Assembly: GCA_965552055.1 (NCBI GenBank)
Contig: CBEVQO010000008.1
Coordinates: forward strand, 1-64,000
Length of the DNA: 64,000 nt
DNA from: an uncultured bacterium
GTDB taxonomy: Bacteria > Hydrothermota > UBA3073 > NMUJ01 > CBEVQO01
Direction of reading: 5' to 3'
In this document: positions 34,052-43,856 of the stretch, piece by piece
Numbering within the stretch: position 1 is the stretch's first letter
Layout of the letters: each line of letters begins with the position of its first letter
The notes under the pieces: model-generated
Told to the model about the DNA's origin: nothing
What the model saw: the letters and a program-made list of their open reading frames with translations, nothing else
Databases searched by the model: none
Made by a program: the position numbers and the translations under genes

Positions 34052-36631
34052 ATGAGAAAGTATGCAATTTTAATTTTAACCGGATTAATTTTAATTGTAG
34101 GATGTAAGAAAAAAGTTAAACACATAGGTGTGGAATATGACGAAGAAACTGGCGAAATATATGTACCTGATGCTACTATCATAGTAAACGGAAACACTTA
34201 TAACGAAAGAGCAACAATGTCAGACACTGGGCTAGCATTGATAATCACCGCAGACTCAAATTATTATTTCTATTCGCCAAAATTGGGAGATATAGATTCT
34301 CTTAATTTATTGAACTCTCGTAAAGCAATAGTTAAGTATCTTGAAGGAATTCTTGGGCACGCTAAATCAGAGGAAAGAGTAGGAATAGAAATTACACAGG
34401 TGAATGATAATGAATATGAATTTAAAAACAAATTGTTTAGATGGGCAGGGATAAAGCAAACAAGTATAAATAAAATAGTTTTAATTCGTCCGAAGAAGCT
34501 GTTTGATATTGATTTAATAAATACTCTAACGGGGAATTGGAGTGATGCAGTCATCGTGTGGCATTCTTATAGCGACACTCTGCAGGCTAATTCGACTGAC
34601 ACCTTCCACCTTGTCGGTGAATTCTCAATGGGTATCTTTGGCGGAGGTTTCATAGAAGCAGTATTAGAAGAAATCCAGCAAACTCTTTATAAAGACCAAT
34701 TGCAAAAAGCGTATAAAAATTGCAAAGATTTAGTTGTCAAAGTTCAGACAATGGGTGCCCTGAACAGCATTTTTGTAATAGTAAGAGCAGTAGCAGGAGC
34801 GTTGGGCACACAGCAAGTATTAGCACCAGCTGTAGAATCAGGGATAAATATCATAACATCAATTGTAGAAACAGGAGTAGAAAAAGCAATAACTCAGCAA
34901 AATGATGAAGAAATGGTTCATACATTGAGTAACGATGTCCTAAAAGCAGTAGTCAATTATTTAATAGACGCAGTCAGTAAAAAAGAACAAAAATTTGTCT
35001 TGACAGCAGTAGTAATATTAATATTAAAAGCAATAGCATTAGCGCTACCGGTTATAGAAGAAACTATCGGAAGTATACAAGCGACTTTTGCAGGAATATA
35101 TGACACATTTAATGTCAGTATTGCTTTAAATAACCCACCAGATGCACCTGTAGTTTCGGGTCCTGATAGTGCACAGGTAAATGAGAGCGTAACTTTCACA
35201 GCAAGTGCAACAGACCCTGATGAAGACAATGTAGCAATAAGATTTTCATGGGGTGATGGAGACACTTCTTCCTGGAGCTCTTATGTATCATCAGGACAAT
35301 CAATATCAATGAGCCATACTTACACATCCACAGGCACTTACTATGTAAAAGCACAGGCAAAGGACATTAATGGTGCAATATCCGACTGGTCATCAACACA
35401 TAAAATTGTAATATATTCAGGGCAAACAGAACAAATAACATGGACAAAAACTTATGGCGGAAGCGATGATGATTGGGGCTGTTCAGTTCAGCAGACACAG
35501 GATGGTGGATACATAATTGCAGGTGGAACTTGGTCTTTCGGTGCAGGTGGGTATGATGTTTATCTCATAAAGACAGATGCTAATGGTAATGTTGAATGGA
35601 CAAAAACTTATGGAGGAAGCTCTTATGATTGTGGCTTTTCAGTTCAGCAGACAAAGGATGGTGGCTTCATAATTGCAGGATACACCTGTTCTTTCGGTGC
35701 AGGTTATGCTGATGTTTATCTCATAAAGACAGATGCTTATGGTAATGTTGAATGGACTAAAACTTATGGCGGAAGCGATTATGATTTTGGCTATTCAGTT
35801 CAGCAGACACAGGATGGTGGATACATAATTGCAGGCAAAACTTGCTCTTTCGGTGCAGGTGGATATGATGTTTATCTCATAAAGACAGATGCCAACGGTA
35901 ATGTTGAATGGACAAAAACTTACGGAGGAGGCAGTGATGATTGTGGCTTTTCAGCTCAGCAAGCACAGGATGGTGGCTTCATAATTGCAGGTGGAACTTG
36001 GTCTTTCGGTGCAGGTGGGTATGATGTTTATCTCATAAAGACAGATGCTAATGGTAATGTTGAATGGACAAAAACTTATGGAGGAAGCTCTTATGATTGT
36101 GGCTTTTCAGTTCAGCAGACAAAGGATGGTGGCTTCATAATTGCAGGATACACCTGTTCTTTCGGTGCAGGTTATGCTGATGTTTATCTCATAAAGACAG
36201 ATGCTTATGGTAATGTTGAATGGACTAAAACTTATGGCGGAAGCTCTTATGATTATGGCAAGTCAGTTCAGCAGACACAGGATGGTGGTTTCATAATTGC
36301 AGGATACACCTGTTCTTTCGGTGCAGGTGGTGCTGATGTTTATCTCATAAAGACAGATGCAAACGGAAATGTTGAATGGACAAAAACTTATGGCGGAAGC
36401 GATGAGGATTATGGGTTTTCGGTTCAGCAGACACAGGATGACGGTTACATAATTGCAGGACGCACTTACTCTTTCGGTGCAGGTGGAGAGGATGTTTATC
36501 TCATAAAGACAGATGCTAATGGTAATGTATCTTCAAAGATTTCTCTAAAAGTAGGGCATCAAAATGGTGTAAAACCCATTCGATGGAATCATCCACCTAT
36601 GAAATTTAGGAAATTAAGGAGTATGCACTGA
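34052..36631 (+). CDS. Large lipoprotein: helical region, PKD-like domain and 7 x 52-aa beta-propeller-like repeats
   Basis: IVGCKK lipobox; IRFSWGDG; WTKTYGG...DVYLIKTDANGNVE repeats. Confidence 0.88.
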   Translation: MRKYAILILTGLILIVGCKKKVKHIGVEYDEETGEIYVPDATIIVNGNTYNERATMSDTGLALIITADSNYYFYSPKLGDIDSLNLLNSRKAIVKYLEGILGHAKSEERVGIEITQVNDNEYEFKNKLFRWAGIKQTSINKIVLIRPKKLFDIDLINTLTGNWSDAVIVWHSYSDTLQANSTDTFHLVGEFSMGIFGGGFIEAVLEEIQQTLYKDQLQKAYKNCKDLVVKVQTMGALNSIFVIVRAVAGALGTQQVLAPAVESGINIITSIVETGVEKAITQQNDEEMVHTLSNDVLKAVVNYLIDAVSKKEQKFVLTAVVILILKAIALALPVIEETIGSIQATFAGIYDTFNVSIALNNPPDAPVVSGPDSAQVNESVTFTASATDPDEDNVAIRFSWGDGDTSSWSSYVSSGQSISMSHTYTSTGTYYVKAQAKDINGAISDWSSTHKIVIYSGQTEQITWTKTYGGSDDDWGCSVQQTQDGGYIIAGGTWSFGAGGYDVYLIKTDANGNVEWTKTYGGSSYDCGFSVQQTKDGGFIIAGYTCSFGAGYADVYLIKTDAYGNVEWTKTYGGSDYDFGYSVQQTQDGGYIIAGKTCSFGAGGYDVYLIKTDANGNVEWTKTYGGGSDDCGFSAQQAQDGGFIIAGGTWSFGAGGYDVYLIKTDANGNVEWTKTYGGSSYDCGFSVQQTKDGGFIIAGYTCSFGAGYADVYLIKTDAYGNVEWTKTYGGSSYDYGKSVQQTQDGGFIIAGYTCSFGAGGADVYLIKTDANGNVEWTKTYGGSDEDYGFSVQQTQDDGYIIAGRTYSFGAGGEDVYLIKTDANGNVSSKISLKVGHQNGVKPIRWNHPPMKFRKLRSMH
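35441..36529 (+). repeat. Intragenic tandem repeat, 7 x 156 bp
   Basis: Units start at 35441, 35597 ... 36377. Confidence 0.95.
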
Positions 36632-36645
36632 AAATTAAAATCCAT

Positions 36646-36719
36646 AGCAGAGGATATGACAAGCCGAGGTCTATGCAGCATGTGATGATTGTCATGTCGA
36701 CAAATTTGAGTGGACAGGC
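36646..36719 (+). pseudogene. Degenerate relic of a GRxDGKPRVY...FEWT repeat
   Basis: With one frameshift reads SRGYDKPR/VYAACDDCHVDKFEWTG. Confidence 0.6.
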
Positions 36720-36780
36720 AAAAGAATGTACCAGAAGACTTCTAAGTGAGAAAATAGAAAAATTATAAAAGGAGGACAAA

Positions 36781-37371
36781 ATGAAAAATTCTTTCCCAAA
36801 TTCCCACTGGATAATATTTTTCATGGCGTTTATCTCGTTCTTAATATTATTATTTTCCAAAAAGCCTGCGAAAGAAGAGATAAGACACTACTTTTTAAAT
36901 TTCCTTATGGCTATCTCAGCAGCAACATTAACTGGAAGTATTGTAATTTACTTTGCAGGAGATGAAATAAAAGACAGAATTGACGCTGTTATAAATTCAT
37001 TTGAGATACAAATTAAAAAAGTGAACTATTCTTTACAATCTTTAAATAATTTACTAAATACAAATATAGCAAAAGTGAAATGTGTGCAACGCCAGTTAAC
37101 AAAATTAAATAAAAAGTTCGCATTGCACAGTGAAAGCGTGCTTACAACTGTGAAAAGGTTGCACACCAGTGTAGATAAATTAATTTTGACCTGTGAGCGA
37201 AACGACTCTTTGCGAAAAGAATTACATACGCTAATAGATTCACTTAAAAATTGGAATTATAGTCTCAACACCAAATTGGACACTTTTCAACATATTTTTA
37301 AGCTCATTTATAAAAAGGAAAAAGAAAAAAAAGCAAGAAGGAGAAGAAAAAATGAGAGCAAAAAGAAGTAA
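36781..37371 (+). CDS. Hypothetical protein with 2 TM helices and a coiled coil
   Basis: SD AGGAGG; two hydrophobic segments. Confidence 0.65.
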   Translation: MKNSFPNSHWIIFFMAFISFLILLFSKKPAKEEIRHYFLNFLMAISAATLTGSIVIYFAGDEIKDRIDAVINSFEIQIKKVNYSLQSLNNLLNTNIAKVKCVQRQLTKLNKKFALHSESVLTTVKRLHTSVDKLILTCERNDSLRKELHTLIDSLKNWNYSLNTKLDTFQHIFKLIYKKEKEKKARRRRKNESKKK

Positions 37372-37406
37372 TTATCTCTTGGAAGTTTACGGCGAATAAG
37401 AATTAA

Positions 37407-37434
37407 TTGACATAAATCGAAAATCAGATATAAT
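37407..37434 (+). promoter_or_regulatory. Promoter TTGACA-N16-TATAAT, 4 nt before GTG
   Basis: Direct motif match. Confidence 0.72.
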
Positions 37435-37438
37435 ATAG

Positions 37439-38116
37439 GTGGTTTGTGCGATTCATCAGCCACAGTATCTGCCCTATCTCGGCTATTTCCATAAGATGAT
37501 GAATTGCGATGTTTTCGTCCTGCTCGATGATGTGCAATTTAAGAAGAATGAATGGCAGAATCGCAACAGAATAAAAACTGCAACTGGATGGCAATGGATA
37601 ACCGTACCTGTTATACATAATTTCGGACAAAAAATAATCGATGTTAAAATCAACAATAGAGTAAACTGGAGAAGAAAACACATGAATGCACTGATAGCAA
37701 ACTATTCAAAAGCACCATATTTCAAAAAATACAGGGACTTTTTCGAAGAAACCTATCAGAAAGAATGGGAGTATTTATGCGATATAAACATACATTTCAT
37801 TTTGTTTATCGCAAAAGAGTTAGAAATAGAAGTCCCGATAATAAGGTCTTCGACACTAGGTGTAACTTCAACCAGAACCCAGCGCCTAATAGATATATGC
37901 AAAAAAGTAGGTGCAGATACTTATTTATCGGGAATAGGTGGCTACTACTATCTTGATTTTTCACTTTTTGAACAGAAAGGCATAAAATTAATCTTTCAGG
38001 ATTTCAAACATCCAGTTTATCCCCAGTTATACGGCGAATTTATACCAAATTTATCTGTTGTGGATGCACTTTTCAACTGCGGTAAAGATTTAAGAAAATT
38101 TTTAATGCGAGCGTGA
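37439..38116 (+). CDS. WbqC-family protein
   Basis: AIHQPQYLPYLGYFHK, WQNRNRI, YLSG. Confidence 0.92.
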   Translation: MVCAIHQPQYLPYLGYFHKMMNCDVFVLLDDVQFKKNEWQNRNRIKTATGWQWITVPVIHNFGQKIIDVKINNRVNWRRKHMNALIANYSKAPYFKKYRDFFEETYQKEWEYLCDINIHFILFIAKELEIEVPIIRSSTLGVTSTRTQRLIDICKKVGADTYLSGIGGYYYLDFSLFEQKGIKLIFQDFKHPVYPQLYGEFIPNLSVVDALFNCGKDLRKFLMRA

Positions 38117-38205
38117 GCGAGCCAATTACATATGGGTTGTAGGTCAACACCCCGACTGAAAGAGGGGTGTGCAAGAGGGCGGTGGGGACTGGGAGGAGGG
38201 GCTAA
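38100..38205 (+). repeat. Dispersed GC-rich element, copy 2
   Basis: TTTAATGCGAGCGTGAGCGAGC...TTACATATGGGTTG...GGTGGGGACTGGGAGGAGGGGCTAA. Confidence 0.85.
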
Positions 38206-38218
38206 AAATTATGAAAAC

Positions 38219-38245
38219 TTGACACTAAAATATTTTGATTAAATT
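38219..38245 (+). promoter_or_regulatory. Promoter TTGACA-N15-TAAATT, 5 nt before ATG
   Basis: Direct motif match. Confidence 0.7.
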
Positions 38246-38250
38246 AAAAG

Positions 38251-38631
38251 ATGGAAAGGTCAAAGGACTGGCTTCGTCAGGCAGAAAAAGATTTAGAACA
38301 TGCTTTACATTCAATTGAAGCAAAAGATTATGAATGGGCTTGTTTTTCGGCTCAGCAATCAGCAGAAAAAGCAATAAAAGCAGTATATCAGAAAAATCAC
38401 ATCGAAGCTTTTGGACATTCAATTACAAAACTTCTTGAGAATTTAAAAGAAAAGCCTTCTGATGAAATAATAGAATGTGCTAAAATTCTGGATAAATTTT
38501 ATATTCCAACAAGGTATCCAAATAGTTTTGATACAGGTGCACCCTGTGATTATTTTACTGAAAAAGAAGCAAAGGAAGCAATAAAGTGTGCAGAGAAAAT
38601 AATTCGTTTTTGCAAAGAATTACTCAAATGA
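38251..38631 (+). CDS. HEPN-domain protein (COG2250-like)
   Basis: WLRQAEKDL, ACFSAQQSAEKAIKA, YIPTRYP. Confidence 0.92.
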   Translation: MERSKDWLRQAEKDLEHALHSIEAKDYEWACFSAQQSAEKAIKAVYQKNHIEAFGHSITKLLENLKEKPSDEIIECAKILDKFYIPTRYPNSFDTGAPCDYFTEKEAKEAIKCAEKIIRFCKELLK

Positions 38632-38975
38632 TGAAAATTTATAAGTTTGATGAAGAAAAAGTTGAGAAAGCGATAGAAGAATTTATTAGGAAACTGTCAA
38701 AAGATGCGAATGTTTTAAAAATTGTAATTTTTGGCTCTTTTGTGAGAGGCGATTATGCTCCTGGAAGCGATGTTGACTTTTTGATAATTTTAAGAAATTC
38801 CGATAAAAAATTTATCGACAGGATACCAGATTTTATTCCCCAAAATTTCCCTGTTGATGTAGATGTTTTCCCTTACACATTGGAAGAGATTGAAAAAATG
38901 AAAAAATCGGGCAACACCTTTATAAAAAGAATTTTCAAAGAAGGCAAAGTTTTATTTGAAAGAGAAATCACCTGA
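38628..38975 (+). CDS. Minimal nucleotidyltransferase (MNT), partner of the HEPN gene
   Basis: IFGSFVRGD...SDVDFLIIL, DVFPYT; ATGA coupling. Confidence 0.9.
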   Translation: MMKIYKFDEEKVEKAIEEFIRKLSKDANVLKIVIFGSFVRGDYAPGSDVDFLIILRNSDKKFIDRIPDFIPQNFPVDVDVFPYTLEEIEKMKKSGNTFIKRIFKEGKVLFEREIT

Positions 38976-38986
38976 AGGGTTTATGC

Positions 38987-39013
38987 TTGACATTTCCTTA
39001 TTTATCATAAAAT
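38987..39013 (+). promoter_or_regulatory. Promoter TTGACA-N15-TAAAAT, 5 nt before purE ATG
   Basis: Direct motif match. Confidence 0.78.
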
Positions 39014-39018
39014 ATAAG

Positions 39019-39504
39019 ATGGCGAAAGTTGTTATAATAATGGGTTCAAAGTCGGATTTATCTCATTGTGAGAAGATAGCAAAAGTGCTGAAAGAATTTG
39101 ATGTTGATTATGTGATGAGGATAGCTTCTGCTCATAAAACACCGGAAAAAGTGCTTGAAATTATAAGAGAATATGGGGAAGAAGATGTAGTTTTCATAAC
39201 AGTTGCAGGCAGGAGCAATGCTTTAAGTGGCTTTGTTGATGCAAATACTTTACATCCTGTTATCGCCTGTCCGCCATATAGCGATAAATTCGCAGGTGCA
39301 GACATCTTCTCGTCACTGAGGATGCCATCGGGAGTGGCACCTTTAACAATACTTGAGCCAGAATCTGCCGCCATCGCAGCAATAAAAATACTGGCAATAA
39401 AAGATAAAAAATTGAAAGAAAAGTTAAAAGAATATCAACAAAAAAAGAAAAAAGAAATAGAAGATGCAGACAGAGATATTAGAGAAAAAATTAAGAACAT
39501 TTGA
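39019..39504 (+). CDS. purE: AIR carboxylase (PurE), class II-like
   Basis: IMGSKSD, ASAHKTP, VAGRSNALSG, DIFSSLRMPSG. Confidence 0.92.
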   Translation: MAKVVIIMGSKSDLSHCEKIAKVLKEFDVDYVMRIASAHKTPEKVLEIIREYGEEDVVFITVAGRSNALSGFVDANTLHPVIACPPYSDKFAGADIFSSLRMPSGVAPLTILEPESAAIAAIKILAIKDKKLKEKLKEYQQKKKKEIEDADRDIREKIKNI

Positions 39505-40189
39505 AGAATTCAAGGAAAAAATTTTAAATTCAAAATACAAAAATCTAATAGCGAAGATGATTTTATTCGGAAGTGTAGTAGAAGGCGCACCTTCAGAAGA
39601 TAGCGATATAGATGTGCTTATCTTTACAATTAAAAAAGATAAAAATTTTGAAAATTTTTGCTTCGAGATAGCAATAGATATTGGAATAAAACACAACGAA
39701 GGAATAGAACCCATAATATTGCCTTTTTATAAATATCTTTCTAACGGATTTTTCATTGAATATATTAAAAAACATGGAAAGGAGGTATTTTCTATGGATG
39801 AGAAAAAATTGAGTGAAAATTTCATAAAATCTGCATTTGAAATAATAGACAGATACGAAGAAAATGCCAAAAAATTATTTGAAGAAGGAGAACACAGAAT
39901 AGCAGTTGACCTTGCATATCACGCAATAGAAACAATGGCAAAAGTGTTGATTATTAAAAAAGAAGGAAAGATTCCTAAAAAACACTCTGGTGTCATAAAT
40001 AGGTTTAGCAAACTTTTTGTAAAATCTGGGGAATTTCCAAAAGAATATGGAAGGAAATTAAATCGTGCTCTATCTTTGCGTAATATAGCGAGATATGGCT
40101 GGGGAGAAGATGTAAAGCGCTCAGATGCAGAAGAAGTAATCGAATTCCTTAAAGAATTCAGAGAGAAATTCAATGAGTATATCAAATAA
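39464..40189 (+). CDS. MNT-HEPN fusion protein
   Basis: LFGSVVEG...SDIDVL then AYHAIE...KHSGV...LRNIARY; internal SD and ATG near 39795. Confidence 0.85.
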   Translation: MQTEILEKKLRTFEEFKEKILNSKYKNLIAKMILFGSVVEGAPSEDSDIDVLIFTIKKDKNFENFCFEIAIDIGIKHNEGIEPIILPFYKYLSNGFFIEYIKKHGKEVFSMDEKKLSENFIKSAFEIIDRYEENAKKLFEEGEHRIAVDLAYHAIETMAKVLIIKKEGKIPKKHSGVINRFSKLFVKSGEFPKEYGRKLNRALSLRNIARYGWGEDVKRSDAEEVIEFLKEFREKFNEYIK

Positions 40190-41297
40190 AATTTACATAT
40201 ATGAGGATTACAAATATAAAAATTTTTTGCCTTTGACCTATTTTCGTCCTGTTTTTGATTTATTATGCGGAATTTATACTTTTCGTGAAAGATTGCAGAA
40301 AATCTACAATTCGGAAATATTTCCCATTAGCAGGTTTCACAAAGTTAATTCGGAAATTTCCGGAACCTTTATATCGGGAAGGATAATCATTTATGAAAAA
40401 TTACCGGATGTTAAAAACGCTGTTTATACAATGGGTGATGAAGTTGTGGGCTTTACATTACAAAAGCCGATAAAATTAGATATACCTTTAACTGCGGATT
40501 TTCTGGAAAAATTAAAACAGGAACTTGATAGGATAGAAATCAAAGGAATAAAATTTGATTACATCTGGGAGTTGATGGATAAGAATGGCGAAATTATAAT
40601 TTCTGATTTTGAGAGGATAGGGTTTGATAAAGCAAAGAAATATAATATTCAGGGTGTTTATATTTTTGAGGAAGAAGGTCCTGTTATCATTGAAGAAGGT
40701 GCTATTTTGAAGCCACCCACGATAATAGAGGGACCATGTTTTATACGCAAAAAAACAGTTATTGACGGTGCAAAGATAAGGTCAGGTTGTTCTTTTGGTG
40801 AAAATTGCAGGATAGGGGGCGAGGTCGAGGCATCAATTTTTATAGGTTATTCGAACAAACATCATGAAGGTTTTGTTGGACATTCTTATATTGGTGAATG
40901 GGTGAATCTTGGGGCACTTACAACAACATCCGACCTTAAAAACACTTATGGGAAGGTAAAAGTAATTTTGCCCGAAAGAGGAGAGATTAACACAGGGCTT
41001 ATGAAAGTAGGTTCGTTTATAGGAGACCATACGAAAACAGGCATAGGCACACTTTTAACAACGGGATGCACAATAGGTGTATGTGCAAATATTTTCGGTG
41101 GAGGAGTTTTCCCGAAGTTTATCCCATCTTTCAGCTGGTATGATGGCAAAGAGTGGCGCACATTTTCTGTGGAAAAAGCAATAGAGATAGCAAAAAGAGT
41201 AATGCCGAGAAGAGGAATAACACCCGATGAGAATTATCTAAATTTAATAAGAAAAATTTATGAAGAGACAAAAGAGGAGCGCTTTTGGGAGAAATAA
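40173..41297 (+). CDS. GlmU-related putative sugar nucleotidyl/acetyltransferase
   Basis: FLPLTYFRPVFDL, NKHHEGFVGHSYIGEWVNLGA, hexapeptide repeats. Confidence 0.85.
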   Translation: MSISNKIYIYEDYKYKNFLPLTYFRPVFDLLCGIYTFRERLQKIYNSEIFPISRFHKVNSEISGTFISGRIIIYEKLPDVKNAVYTMGDEVVGFTLQKPIKLDIPLTADFLEKLKQELDRIEIKGIKFDYIWELMDKNGEIIISDFERIGFDKAKKYNIQGVYIFEEEGPVIIEEGAILKPPTIIEGPCFIRKKTVIDGAKIRSGCSFGENCRIGGEVEASIFIGYSNKHHEGFVGHSYIGEWVNLGALTTTSDLKNTYGKVKVILPERGEINTGLMKVGSFIGDHTKTGIGTLLTTGCTIGVCANIFGGGVFPKFIPSFSWYDGKEWRTFSVEKAIEIAKRVMPRRGITPDENYLNLIRKIYEETKEERFWEK

Positions 41298-41360
41298 GAA
41301 TTTTCAAAATAAAATTTAAAAATTTAGAAGAGTTTATGAACAAGGCGAGGCATATATTAG

Positions 41361-41690
41361 AAGGAGAGAAGGAGAGAAGCTATTATTTGGCTGGCAGATG
41401 AACCTGAGCGTAATTTAGCCCGTAAGTTAAAGAGATATATTGATGAGAATTTTAAAAGTATAAAGAGTGTAAGGCAACTTGCGAGGGTATTTTCCTGTCA
41501 TTATAACACAATAAGCAGGGTTTTTAAGCGAGAGTATAAAATAACACCTGCGAAATATTTGAGGAAGTTAAAGAAAGAGTATGCGGAGTTGAAGTTAAAG
41601 CAAGGAGCAAAACTTAAAAGCATCGCATACGAACTCGGCTACCACCCACAAAATCTCATTTATCTGATGAAAAATAAGAACAAAAAGTGA
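41361..41690 (+). pseudogene. AraC-type HTH regulator frame lacking a canonical start (absent from the ORF track)
   Basis: Open frame reads LKRYIDENF..SVRQLARVF..TISRVFKREYKITPAKYLRKLK..LKSIAYELGY. Confidence 0.7.
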
Positions 41691-41790
41691 AAATTAAGAA
41701 TAGAAAAGTGTTGTAAAAAATACAAAATGAATAAAAAAATAAGATGTGCAATTGGAAAAATAAGGAAGGGAAGAATAAAAGGAGGGGGAA

Positions 41791-42750
41791 ATGTTTGAAA
41801 AAATTATAAAAAATAAAATCTGGGGTATTGCCTTTTTACTTTTAATAATAGCGTGTAAAAAGGAAGAAAAAAGGACAAAACTCATGGAAATGCTAAAATT
41901 AATCCCAGCCGAAATGAAAATAGTAGAGGGGACAGAGACAAGTTATTATAAGATAGAAGAGTTTTATTTTATAGACTATGAGCCAATAGAGACGTTGTTC
42001 AAAGATGTTTACGATGAATCTCTTGCTTTTGTACGAAAGGCAGGTATTAGTACTGAATTACCTGAGGAGATTTTTATCCTCAAAATAGAAGGAAATAATT
42101 CAAAGATTGAAAAAAATCTGCAACGACAAGGTTTTAAATTACTAAAGAAATATAAAGGTGCTAAAGTATGGTTCTCTCCGGGAGAGTATGAAGATGCTTA
42201 TTGTGCTATAGTCGACGACAAATTTATTTTTGTAGAGAGATATCCACAAGTAATTTATAAATGTATTGATCTTATAAAAGGCAAAGGTAAGAGTGCAGCG
42301 GATATACCGCGAATTAGAGAAGAAATAACGGAACTCTTGAACGATGTGCCAGTAAGTCCTATAATAGTAAATTTAGAGAAAAATGAGAAAATTGCGTATT
42401 GGATGGAAGAAAAAGGTAAAGTTAAATTTAAGCAGATTTATGAATACAATACAGTTAGTGAGCCCTCGATGGTGGTTCGAATATGGGAAAAAATAAAAGA
42501 AAAGGAAGACAAATTAGGAGCAATTGACTCAATAACAAACGGAATAGTTGCAAATTTAAGAAAACACGGCTATACATTTTCTGCGATTTATGATACAATT
42601 CATACTATTATTTCTATCTTATGGCCACTAGAGCGTTTATTAGAGAAAGGAGCGACTATTATTTCACTTACACAGGATGGAAAATTTTTATCAATGATAG
42701 GAGAAATAGAAGTTACTGAATTCAAAAAACTTTTATTTTATCGATTTTGA
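41791..42750 (+). CDS. Hypothetical lipoprotein
   Basis: SD GGAGGGGG; IIACKK lipobox. Confidence 0.75.
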   Translation: MFEKIIKNKIWGIAFLLLIIACKKEEKRTKLMEMLKLIPAEMKIVEGTETSYYKIEEFYFIDYEPIETLFKDVYDESLAFVRKAGISTELPEEIFILKIEGNNSKIEKNLQRQGFKLLKKYKGAKVWFSPGEYEDAYCAIVDDKFIFVERYPQVIYKCIDLIKGKGKSAADIPRIREEITELLNDVPVSPIIVNLEKNEKIAYWMEEKGKVKFKQIYEYNTVSEPSMVVRIWEKIKEKEDKLGAIDSITNGIVANLRKHGYTFSAIYDTIHTIISILWPLERLLEKGATIISLTQDGKFLSMIGEIEVTEFKKLLFYRF

Positions 42751-42768
42751 CAATAAAAAGGAGGTAGT

Positions 42769-43079
42769 ATGATTTACTTATATATTAACTATCCGGAGCC
42801 ACATTTTACAATACATACGAATACATGTTGTGAAGAGATACGAAAACGACAAAAATCGGGCCAGCGCATTCTAAAAATAGGTCATCATAATTTAGCCATT
42901 GAATTGCTGAAATTTGACCAAGAGTACCAATTCGAGTCGACGCCGCCTAAAATGATATGTGGGTCGAGATAGATTTAGGAAACACTACTCAAGAAATATG
43001 TATTTCGCTTGCTATTAAACATCTATTAGCACAACGAGTTGAGCGTTTTCGAAAAGCTGAAATAAAAATTCATTGTTGA
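42769..43079 (+). pseudogene. Small hypothetical gene frameshifted near 42950
   Basis: MIYLYINYPEPHFTIH... continues in another frame as NDMWVEIDLG...KIHC*. Confidence 0.6.
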
Positions 43080-43102
43080 CAATCCGGTAATTACTTTAAA
43101 AT
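43076..43102 (+). promoter_or_regulatory. Promoter TTGACA-N15-TAAAAT
   Basis: Direct motif match. Confidence 0.72.
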
Positions 43103-43112
43103 TGAGAGAAAA

Positions 43113-43631
43113 ATGATAGTTTTGTTATTGATTTTAAGTTGGAAATGTTATAAACATCCTGAAAATGTGTTTAATATAATAATTCCTACTGATATGGAAA
43201 TAGGAACTACATATGTTTTCTCTGAGTGGAGTAGCACTCATTATATTACAAGTTTCATTTCAAAAAAGAAGACCTCTTTGATTAATAAACTAGTACTCGA
43301 TTTAACAGAGTTTTCTTTGCCAAAAGTGTGGACAGAAAAAGAAATAGAGGACGAATTGTTCGGAGAAAGATTAAAAGCAGCAGCAAATGGTTTTGTAGGT
43401 ATTGGAATTTTTCAACGCTTTTGCGACGATAAAAATAGGATTTGGTATTTACTTGGGTTCATGAATAAAGAAGAAGAAATAGTATTATGCGGTCTTTTGT
43501 TTTATAAAAAAATATTTTGTCGACTTTATTTTGTGACCGATAAAGAACATTTTGAGGGAAATAAGAAAGAAGTTTTTTCTGCCATTAATGAAATGATAAA
43601 TTCATTTGAGTATTTAGAGCATAGAGAATGA
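43113..43631 (+). CDS. Hypothetical exported protein (PsbP-like pattern possible)
   Basis: Hydrophobic N-terminus; WKCYKHP...IIIP; ends MINSFEY. Confidence 0.6.
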   Translation: MIVLLLILSWKCYKHPENVFNIIIPTDMEIGTTYVFSEWSSTHYITSFISKKKTSLINKLVLDLTEFSLPKVWTEKEIEDELFGERLKAAANGFVGIGIFQRFCDDKNRIWYLLGFMNKEEEIVLCGLLFYKKIFCRLYFVTDKEHFEGNKKEVFSAINEMINSFEYLEHRE

Positions 43632-43700
43632 GTTTATAAATGCCGATTAACATTTTTGATTTGTCAACTTGATATTTGGGGATTTTGACTAAAAACAGAG

Positions 43701-43811
43701 ATGGAGATAATTCTTGTGAGTGCGTGTATTCTGGGATTGAGGACAAGGTATGATGGCGAGAATTGCATTCCCAGAATAACTCCCGATGTGAATTACCTCA
43801 ATTTACATTAA
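43701..43811 (+). pseudogene. Duplicated 5' fragment of the DUF523 gene
   Basis: MEIILVSACILGLRTRYDGE, near-identical to 44634. Confidence 0.85.
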
Positions 43812-43856
43812 TGAAATGATAAATTCATTTGAGTATTTAGACCATAAAAAATAAGC

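Noticed and set aside
35441..36529. Diversity-generating retroelement or CRISPR explanation for the repeats
   Set aside because: Repeats are in-frame coding units with no spacers; no RT or template repeat seen; variable codons are not limited to adenine-type NNY changes
38956..39018. Longer purE start
   Set aside because: The extension spans the promoter; ATG 39019 fits the family N-terminus
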